Below, one piece after another: positions 8,705 to 16,805 of a stretch of DNA of 64,000 bases (within the stretch, counting starts at the first letter, position 1; each line of letters begins with the position of its first letter). The position numbers and the translations under genes are program-made. Where the stretch lies: NCBI GenBank assembly GCA_965197745.1, contig CBDANS010000005.1, positions 224,001 to 288,000 on the forward strand. The letters run 5' to 3'. Under the pieces are notes generated by a model. It worked only from the letters and a program-made list of their open reading frames with translations, was not told where the DNA came from and made no database searches. The stretch comes from Opitutales bacterium. GTDB taxonomy: Bacteria > Verrucomicrobiota > Verrucomicrobiia > Opitutales > PNEW01.

Positions 8705-9391
8705 ATGAGCCAATTTATCGACATACGACACGACGAAGAGCGTAATTTTCTTCGTGCCCTTAGATCTTACGACGAAGAACTGGTTAGCGCCGGTCGGGTT
8801 TTCATTGAGACGCTTCACGCAGCTGCCGAGCTTAAGGATTTAGGAAAATGTGTGACAGTATTCGGATCTGCCCGTTTTTCAGACGATCATCCTAGCTATG
8901 TACTGGCTCGCGAGATGGGAAGGCTGTTGGCGATCGATGGCTATACCGTGGTGACCGGAGGAGGTCCAGGAATCATGGAAGCAGCCAATCGCGGAGCTAA
9001 AGATGAGGGGGGCAGATCAATCGGTTGCAATATCAGTCTACCCAGGGAGCAAAAACCAAACCCCTATGTGGATCAGTTTGTTGAATTTGAACATTTCTTT
9101 GTACGCAAGATGATGCTGGTGAAACTCTCCTCCGCTTTTGTCGTTCTGCCTGGTGGATTTGGTACGCTTGATGAAGTTTTCGAGACGCTTACACTCATAC
9201 AGAACGGGAAGATCGAATCCTTTCCTCTCGTCGTCCTGGGTGGCAAGTTCTGGGACGCAATGAGCGAATTTATCACGAATACAATGATTCGTGAAGGAAC
9301 GATCGGTGAAGAAGATCTCAATCTTATTTCCTTCGCAGAGACTCCGCAGGAAGCGGTGCCATTCATCAAAGGCGATAAGAAATCAGAGTAA
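8705..9391 (+). CDS. LOG-family (TIGR00730-type) nucleotide phosphoribohydrolase
   Basis: VTVFGSAR, TGGGPGIMEAANRGA, FFVRKMML, PGGFGTLDE. Confidence 0.93.
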   Translation: MSQFIDIRHDEERNFLRALRSYDEELVSAGRVFIETLHAAAELKDLGKCVTVFGSARFSDDHPSYVLAREMGRLLAIDGYTVVTGGGPGIMEAANRGAKDEGGRSIGCNISLPREQKPNPYVDQFVEFEHFFVRKMMLVKLSSAFVVLPGGFGTLDEVFETLTLIQNGKIESFPLVVLGGKFWDAMSEFITNTMIREGTIGEEDLNLISFAETPQEAVPFIKGDKKSE

Positions 9392-9411
9392 GGTGAAATG
9401 AATTTAAGCAC

Positions 9412-9555
9412 AAAATAACAAGTTACAAACCACAAATAAATTCCAGTAGCCAAAAAACCAATTTACACAAAATAATAATCGAAAACAGTTTGGTTATTTA
9501 GAAATTGTAGTTTGGCTATTATTCGAAATTTGTATTTTGATAAATTGAGATTTAT
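9412..9555. repeat. AT-rich imperfect palindromic intergenic element, copy 2
   Basis: Shares acaaataaattc (9432 vs 8511) and gtttggtwatttaga (9488 vs 8589) with copy 1, with the same arm polarity. Confidence 0.6.
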
Positions 9556-9566
9556 TTAATAATATT

Positions 9567-10220
9567 TTGATTAATCATTCAGAAATTCATAAAAACTCGG
9601 CAAGTCGGATCATTGCGATTACGCTAATCTTTTCGATTGGATATACGATACTTCGCTACCACATCGTCGGTCCGGTACCGTGGAAAGATTTCCCCTTTTT
9701 TATTTTAAATAAAGGGGTCTCACTAAGTGCATTTATATTGCTGACTTTTAATTTCAGTTTGGGACCGTTGAAAAACCTGGGATTAAAAGTTCCTGAAAGC
9801 TGGCTCAATGCCCGCAATGCTTTAGGTATGAGCGGATTCTTGCTAGTGCTCATCCATGCATTAATGAGCTTCATGCTGTTTAATCCAAAAATATACGGAA
9901 AGTTTTTTGATCAAGACGGTTCGCTTACACTATTGGCAGGCATAAGTATGCTCGGTGGTGTTTTAGCCTTTGTCATTCTCTGGGGTTACAACCTGAGTTT
10001 TCTAACCCATCTGAGAGAAGACAAGGCATTCATCCAATTTATTACCACACGGAAATTCCTCCTAGTAGCGATGATACTCGGTGCAGTTCACTTGTTTTTT
10101 ATGGGCTACAAAGGTTGGCTCAACCCATCCAGCTGGCATGGCGGGCTGCCACCGATCAGTCTGGTGGCGTTTGCATTTTTTGTGAGCGGGTACATGATTA
10201 ATTTGTTTGGGAGAAAGTAA
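9567..10220 (+). CDS. Polytopic membrane protein, ferric-reductase/MsrQ-like transmembrane domain
   Basis: About 6 hydrophobic segments; R-N-A-L-G followed by intramembrane His (LIHA) and a second His (AVHL). Confidence 0.6.
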   Translation: MINHSEIHKNSASRIIAITLIFSIGYTILRYHIVGPVPWKDFPFFILNKGVSLSAFILLTFNFSLGPLKNLGLKVPESWLNARNALGMSGFLLVLIHALMSFMLFNPKIYGKFFDQDGSLTLLAGISMLGGVLAFVILWGYNLSFLTHLREDKAFIQFITTRKFLLVAMILGAVHLFFMGYKGWLNPSSWHGGLPPISLVAFAFFVSGYMINLFGRK

Positions 10221-10351
10221 ATTCTGAAGGACGATTCATCTCATTCGCTGAGCTATAAATAAATATTAAAATATTCCGTTTATAGTACCAAAGATGAAAT
10301 AAGAAATAGTCGAGTGTCGAGGGGCAGGTGTCGAGGGAGGAGTGAAGATAT

Positions 10352-10459
10352 ATGAAAAGTGGATTAAAAGTTTTTGGAGCTTATCATAAATCTATGGAGT
10401 TATTTGATCTTGTTGCACAAGATATGAAAACACTGAAGCCAGAATATTCTTTAACCCGT
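10352..10459 (+). pseudogene. N-terminal fragment of a four-helix-bundle (23S rRNA IVP-like) protein, truncated by IS
   Basis: MKSGLKVFGAYHKSMELFDLVAQDMKTLKPEYSLTR ends exactly at the IS IR. Preceded by short tandem-like repeats (gtcgagtgtcgagggg...gtgtcgaggg). Confidence 0.5.
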
Positions 10460-11753
10460 TGGTCGGGTTACACAAACTGGACCACTGTGAGAGTTAGTCT
10501 GGAGAGGTTAATGTTGAAGTTAAGTTGGTAGAGGGAGTCAAGACTTGGGCGCAATGAGGGCGTAGCCCGAATGGAGCCCGAGCCTTGGGTATTGATGTTT
10601 TCAGCGAAACGTTGTGGAGTAATATTGCCGAGGCTGCGGTGGGGTCGAACATGATTGTAAAGCCAGCGCCAATCTTCGATCACCACACGGGCTTCGGTCA
10701 AAGTCCACAGCTGTTCACGATTTAGACACTCCTCGCGAAAACGTGCATGCAACGATTCGATGTATCCGTTCTGCCAAGGGCTTCCTGGTTCGCTATAGAG
10801 GGTATTGATTTTCATCGCAGTTAGCCAGGCTCTCAATTCCTTTTCAATGAATGGCTTCGCATGTCGTCGCTTCGCTCCTCGGAACGGAACCGTTGTCACT
10901 GCGAATATATTGTGGCGACCCATGACGGGCAAGCAGTTTTTGCATTGATATGGCGATCCACATGGATCACTCGACACTCGCGGGTGCACTCATCGAGCAC
11001 GGTCAACATTTTTAAACTGCCACCGCGGACTGTTTTGTCGTGGATAAAATCCCAAGTCCAAACATGGCCGGGATGTTCGGCCTTTGTCGGCAGCCCGGTG
11101 GAGACACCCCTACGCCGACGCCTTGACTTGCGTGGAGGAATCGCCAAGCCCAGTTCACGTCGCAGACGTTGCACGAGCCGTTTACCCACCTGCCAGCCTT
11201 CGTCCTTCAACAGCTTCGTGATCTTCGGATAGCCCCACCTCGCGTATTACCGTGATAACCGCCTTACTGCCACCTTCAGTTTCGTTAGCCAAGCATCCGG
11301 ATGTTTGAGCCTCATAGGTATAAGTGCAACGGTCCATATGAAAGTATCGGCACGCTGCACACATCGAACACTGGCCCCGAGCCACAAGTCTTTCTGCCAC
11401 TTGCTGCCTGTACTCAGGGCTTACAGTTTTTTTTCAAGCGTCTCCTGCAGGATCTCTATCCCCAGCAGCTTGTCCGCCAGCATCCGCTTTAACTGCGCGT
11501 TCTCCTTCAAAGAGTTCCTTCATCCGCTTGGCCTGGTTGACATCAATCATCCCAAACCACTATTCCAACGGTGGAAGGTCTGTTCGCCTAGTTGTTTTCG
11601 CGGCACACTTCCAGGATCGTTTTCCCTTTGTCTGCCTGCTGCAGCATCCGTATCTCCTCTTCGGTTGTGTAGCTTTTACCTTTCATTGTCTGTGTCCATT
11701 CTAGGTGTCCCAGACTAACTTTTCAAGTGGACCAGTTTTCGTGGTCACGACCA
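10460..11753 (-). mobile_element. IS3-family insertion sequence, degenerate
   Basis: IRs TGGTCGTGACCACGAAAACTGGTCCA (11753 end) and TGGTCGGGTTACACAAACTGGACCA (10460 end). OrfA starts at 11686 (MKGKSYTTEEEIRML) but is frameshifted. OrfB motifs HVWTWDF, VLDECTRE and PGSPWQNGYIES are split across frames. Confidence 0.9.
10853..10884 (-). repeat. 32-nt GCGAAGC-type insertion
   Basis: ttccgaggagcgaagcgacgacatgcgaagcc splits SDNGS-E-FI. Confidence 0.9.
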
Positions 11754-11924
11754 ATATGTAAGTTTAAAATCTGTCATTCCTAGGCACTAAGGTTATTTTT
11801 TTGAGTTACTATTGTATTCCATCGCACTTGGATATTGGCGAATCTATTGTAATAATTATTGTAATTTAGGCCTATTACAGAATTAAAACATTCATAAAAT
11901 TCCTCTTAATAAAGACTTATAAAA

Positions 11925-12010
11925 TGGTGGTGGGAACAGGATTCGAACCTGTGAAGCGAAACCGCAGCAGATTTACAGTCTGCCCCCTTTGGCCGCTTGG
12001 GTATCCCACC
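11925..12010 (-). tRNA. tRNA-Tyr(GTA)
   Basis: GGTGGGA acceptor, anticodon arm gcaga-ctGTAaa-tctgc, long variable arm, GGTTCGAATCC, encoded CCA. Confidence 0.96.
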
Positions 12011-12220
12011 ATCCGGAAATAAGTAGTGAAAAATGTATGCCTATGACAACTTTGCCAAGTATAATTTTGAATATTTTCTATAAATTACGAATGAATGATA
12101 GATACCGAAAGAGAATGCTCCACGGTTAAATTTAACTCGCTTTGAGGATAACAATTAGACATTTTTCCTAGGATTCTATTAATGGTCTGAACTAAAATAA
12201 AAACATTGATAGTTCTAATG

Positions 12221-12297
12221 GCCGGCTTAGCTCAGTTCGGTAGAGCATCCGCCTTGTAAGCGGACGGTCGCCAGTTCGAATCTGGCAGCCGGCTCCA
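12221..12297 (+). tRNA. tRNA-Thr(TGT)
   Basis: GCCGGCT acceptor, tccgc-ctTGTaa-gcgga, GTTCGAATC, CCA. Confidence 0.96.
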
Positions 12298-12386
12298 TTT
12301 TATATACGAATCACTTTCATTGACCCTTAAAAAGAAGATTGAAAATTATTTGTCCCTCGCCTTCTATGAAGCCCCTTTAATTATTC

Positions 12387-12460
12387 TGCCTGGTAGTGTA
12401 ATGGTAGCACGACAGATTCTGGTTCTGTTTGTCTAGGTTCGAATCCTAGCCGGGCAGCCA
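12387..12460 (+). tRNA. tRNA-Gln(CTG)
   Basis: TGCCTGG acceptor, acaga-ttCTGgt-tctgt, GGTTCGAATCC, CCA. Confidence 0.95.
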
Positions 12461-12543
12461 TACGACGCGCTCACTGCGTTCTCTTGCTCATAACAGGTTA
12501 TTTAAAGTAGTAAGGAGATGAGAATAGGCTAGGATGAGAATCG

Positions 12544-12609
12544 TAGATTCGTTCCGAGGAGCGCTATAGCGACGACACAAGCGAAGCGTCCATCCTAGCC
12601 GGGCAGCCA
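12544..12609 (+). repeat. Duplicated tRNA-Gln 3' end, interrupted by a 40-nt GCGAAGC-type insertion (12552-12591)
   Basis: tagattcg[ttccgaggagcgctatagcgacgacacaagcgaagcgtcc]atcctagccgggcagcca versus the tRNA taggttcg-a-atcctagccgggcagcca. Confidence 0.85.
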
Positions 12610-12704
12610 TTAGTTATCACGACCTGTTACCCTCAACTCATTACTCATTGCTGTCGTCTGATCTTAAGGGGTGCCTCCTCTTGGGATGTCTATGATGAGG
12701 AAAG

Positions 12705-13331
12705 TTATTCGCGCTTGTGCCCATTAAAACTCGACGAAAGAATTTTCTTCAATCCATCGAAGTAGCGATTATCCCAATGAGAACTATCTAAGTTTAGACC
12801 CAAGCGATGGGCATATTGGTGCCTGCCCAGATACCAGCCTTCAATTAATGCCCATAACAGACTCAAAATAATCTCTGCCGGTAAATCGTCCCTTAATCGC
12901 CCCAGCTTTTGTTCGCGTTCGATGATTTTGACTATTTGTCCCGCTTTTCCCGTAGCTTCTTCTGGTGGCAACTCCCTTTCTGCTATGATCCACGCTGACA
13001 GTCGTATGAAGTCAGGTGTGCTTCTGAGATAATTAAAGTAGTGGTCCGCGAATTCATAGGGGAAATTATGCCCGCGCGCCGCAGCGCTCAGACCGGGTCG
13101 TAATGCTTCAAATACCTTTTGAAAATAACGTTCACGTACCGCGGACCACAACGCTTCTTTATTTCCGTAGTGATGGTGGATAAGACTTTGCGTGACTCCG
13201 GAAGCTGCTGCTATATGCTTCATCGAAGCTCCATCGAAGCCCCTGGAAATAAAAGTCTTCTCAGCACCATCAAGTATCGCTTCACGTGTGCGTTCCTTCT
13301 GTTTTTGGCGATTGCTTCTCTTTTCAGCCAT
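12705..13331 (-). CDS. TetR/AcrR family transcriptional regulator
   Basis: ILDGAEKTFISRGFDGASMKHIAAASGVTQSLIHHHYGNKEALW. Confidence 0.93.
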   Translation of the reverse strand: MAEKRSNRQKQKERTREAILDGAEKTFISRGFDGASMKHIAAASGVTQSLIHHHYGNKEALWSAVRERYFQKVFEALRPGLSAAARGHNFPYEFADHYFNYLRSTPDFIRLSAWIIAERELPPEEATGKAGQIVKIIEREQKLGRLRDDLPAEIILSLLWALIEGWYLGRHQYAHRLGLNLDSSHWDNRYFDGLKKILSSSFNGHKRE

Positions 13332-13763
13332 ATTTCATTGATTGATTAATCAGTTATTCAAGCAATGTAAAGGCTATTTTAACCTGACAGTGAAAATTTC
13401 AGGGTCTTGCGACCGATAATTGCACCTTCATGGCAAAGGTATCAATATGAATAGAGTGACATAGAATATTCCCAGAGGATGGTCCTGTCACACATAGATA
13501 AGCGGGTGAGAAAGCATAAGCCGACATTGGCAGTCCATGATGAAGATATTACTGTGGCATTGCGTTCACGGGGAGCGGACAGCCGGATATATAAAAAACA
13601 GGATATATAGGATACAGCCCCATGAGGTAGCATCTCGACCCTGCACCGGGTTCAATTTTCAATAGTCGAGCAAAATATAGGGCCTCTTTTTCAATAAAGA
13701 AATGACGGGAAATGAGTGTACTTTAATATGTTCAATCGTCTGGAATAGTGGTAGAAAAACGAT

Positions 13764-14222
13764 ATGGCTGCTAAGCTTATGAAGTCGTCATATGGAGACA
13801 CAATAATACAGTTTTCGGTATTTGCTGATAACAAAGTAGGGCGATTAAATGAAATGATCAATCTGCTTGGTTCACATGACATCCAAGTCATTGCTTTAAC
13901 GACTCAGGATACGACTGACTGCACGATTCTTCGCATCATTGTAAATTATCCCGAGAAAGCTCGTGAACTGCTTGATAAGGAAGGGTACTCTTTCACATCG
14001 AGTGAGATGATTGGCGTGGAGATTGATGACGCGACTAAATTAAGGGAGGTGTTATACGCCCTTTTGGAAGCGGAATTAAATATTCATTACATCTACTCCT
14101 TTATAATCAGGCCGCATGGAAAATCAGCACTTGCCATTCATTTAGAGGATAACGAACTTGCTACTGCTGCTCTTGAGCAACATCATTTGCGCGTGCTGAA
14201 GCAGACGGATATTGCACGCTGA
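13764..14222 (+). CDS. Tandem ACT-domain protein
   Basis: QFSVFADNKVGRL...ILRIIVNYP and a second repeat LLEAELNIHYIYSF. Confidence 0.85.
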   Translation: MAAKLMKSSYGDTIIQFSVFADNKVGRLNEMINLLGSHDIQVIALTTQDTTDCTILRIIVNYPEKARELLDKEGYSFTSSEMIGVEIDDATKLREVLYALLEAELNIHYIYSFIIRPHGKSALAIHLEDNELATAALEQHHLRVLKQTDIAR

Positions 14223-14433
14223 CAAATTAATTTTCAGATTTTATATCCAAGGGTAAACAGCGCTGAAATAATCGTTGAATACGATATACTTCTGCGGTCA
14301 TTAAGTTTCACCCCATGTTATACGGTAGTAGAATCATGGGCTTCAATGATCGCTCGGGACAGGGCTGGGGTAAACGACGAAGCTGAAGAAAAACCAATAA
14401 CTTATCTTAGAAGGGATTGAGATATATCCGCGT

Positions 14434-16631
14434 TTATTTTGATGTCATCGTATAAACGCCATCCCAATTATCACCCGGTGGGGATAATTTTAACAAGAGG
14501 CAGCGGGTTTTCATGATCAGTGACGGATTTGTGCTGACGCCAGGAGTAACATTCGGAATATTCGGTTCCAGTTCTGAAGATTCCCCAAATAATTCTATAG
14601 CCTTATTGAAATCCTGATCGAGGTAGCTACTCATTGCCTTGTCAAATATTTCGTGGCAGTCGAATGTTTTCTGCGGCATATCCTTGCTGAACCCTACGAC
14701 CTCGTATACTCCGACGGGCTGGCTTCTCCCTTTAACTATGATGCGGTCAAGGAAACGAAAAACGCAGCCGTTACCTTGTTCTTCCGCCATTTTCTTAGTG
14801 TCTTCGGTGATCATAGTAAAAACACCATAACTTTTTGCTCCGCTTTCACAACGCGCAGCAAGGTTTACGGCGTCACCCATCATCGTATAATTAAACCGTT
14901 TCAGTGAACCCATATTACCAATGAGCGTCTAACCTGTATTGAGCCCGATACGGGACTGCATGGTAAAGACAATATCGGGCCACGTATCGCCCTCAGCCCT
15001 CCATTTTTCACGCAACTCAGCCTGGCGAAGCTGCATTCTTTGCGTGGCAATACAGGCACGGCTGGCATGATCTTTCATCGGGAGCGGGGCACCAAACATC
15101 GCGCACATAGCATCGCCGATGTACTTATCGAGAGACCCGCCCTCCTCTTGAACGATGTCGGTCATAGCGGTAAGGTATTCATTCATGAGGTCAACAAGTC
15201 TTTCTGGAGTGAGATATTCAGAAAAAGTGGAGAAGCTCTGAATATCACTGAAAAAAGCAGTGATTATTTCCTAGCGGCCACCCAATTGAGGTTCCTCTTC
15301 AGACTCGATCATCTGATGGACCACTTCCGGTGATACATAAGTCCCAAAAAGGTTTTTAATCCTGCCTTTCTGCTTTTCCTCGATGATCAGCTGGTGAATG
15401 CACCGATCAAACTTGTCGTGAGCGATGCACCGATTGGGGCGACCAGGGGCAAGACAAGATGATTATGAGAAAAATACCAGAATACGAGAACGATATACCC
15501 AAAAAGAAGAATACCACTGGTGAGTTTCAGATCTCGGCTATGTTTCCCCGTATTAGTTGCCATCATTGAGACAAAAAGAGTGAGGGCGAGGGTAATAAAA
15601 TATTTAACCCAATCGGGAATGCGTTTGATATAAATTCCTGAGAAAATGGTCTTCAGGACATTTGCGTGAACTCCCACTTTAGGGACCGGATAGTCATCCA
15701 TGGGGCTGGGTGCCAGGTCCTGGAGAAGGGGATCGGTAGGCCCGATAAGTATTATGGCGTCATTAAATTCACGAAAGAATTCTACAGCCTGTGCTTTCTG
15801 GTCTTCATCGCCTTCAGAGTAAAAGGCAAAGGCCTGGGCGACTTGCAACATGCTATAACGCGGATTTTTAGGGGAGTAGAATTTTGAAAACCAGTTAACT
15901 TCCATCATCTGTTGGCCCCATAAGGGAATACTCATGAGGGTCTCCCCTTCGTTACTCACTAATTCGATAAGGTCTTCGCTTCGTTTAATCGCTTCCGGAG
16001 GCAATCCGTAAGAGGTACGTGCTAATTGAAGGGCAATCTGGTAATAAGTAAATTTAAGACCATATTGGGATACTTCCGCAAACATGGGAACCCACCTTGG
16101 AGTGATACCATCACTGATTTCCTGATCGTAACCGATCAGTCCCATTTGATTAATTCCGCGACGCGCTGTAAATTGAGGGTGAGGGGTTTCAGGAAAATCA
16201 AAATTCTCCAGATCGTCATCACCTTTATAAATCAAAGGCATTCGATCACCTTCGGAGTAAGCGGTAGCTAATATTATACTCGGGTATTTATTCGTGACTC
16301 GAGCAAACTCCGCGACATCCTGATTAACAAGTTCCTGAGGCACCAAAACAGAGGCGTTAAATTTAGATAAGACGAGGTCAAAGCCGATAGCCTTAACTTT
16401 ACCCAGGACCAGTAATATTTCGGATATTTTTCCAAATTCATTGCGTGGCCATGGTCTTTCTCCCAGGTATTTACGGAAAGATTCAGCGTCGAGATCGACA
16501 TAAATTAATTTAACCGGAGCGTCAATCTCACCTCGCAGTCGAAAACGCCAGTCCATCGCTTTGTTTTCAAAAAGCTCAGTGCTCCAAAATGAGATAGCGC
16601 AATCCAAATTAACGGTATGGAAAGAAGCCAT
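14434..16631 (-). pseudogene. CHASE2-domain adenylate/guanylate cyclase, inactivated
   Basis: CHASE2 (RPWPR, IGFDLVL, GVHANVL), transmembrane helices, cyclase motifs FFSDIQSF, DKYIGDA, RIGLNTG, YTMMGDAVNLAARCES, VKGR. Frameshift at about 15394 and in-frame TAGs at 15271-15273 and 14929-14931. Confidence 0.88.
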
Positions 16632-16805
16632 ATCGCCCTAACAATAATCTTGATGAGAGCTTTAGACATCATTCTGCAGCCAGGACTTTATCGTAAGTCT
16701 GTATAATTTTCATTACAGTAATTCTTGAAATAATGGCAACTAACAAATGATAAGCTTCATAAGCCTGACGGTGAATAGAAAAGCTTACGATGATGGTTTT
16801 TAAAT

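Noticed and set aside
6069..10568. Shared tgagggcgtagccc in two places as an independent repeat family
   Set aside because: Both copies lie at the equivalent subterminal position inside related IS3 elements, so IS homology explains them.
5974..11753. Composite transposon carrying the FGE, LOG and membrane genes
   Set aside because: The two IS3 elements differ in IRs and sequence, both are inactive, and there is no flanking target duplication.
13442..13633. 63-aa ORF between tetR and the ACT gene
   Set aside because: No recognisable motif or RBS; cannot be supported.
14929..15273. Host-wide TAG recoding suggested by in-frame TAGs in the cyclase
   Set aside because: Intact host genes (ubiE, GNAT, gspM, gspG, M32 peptidase) end in TAG at expected positions, and the cyclase also has a frameshift.
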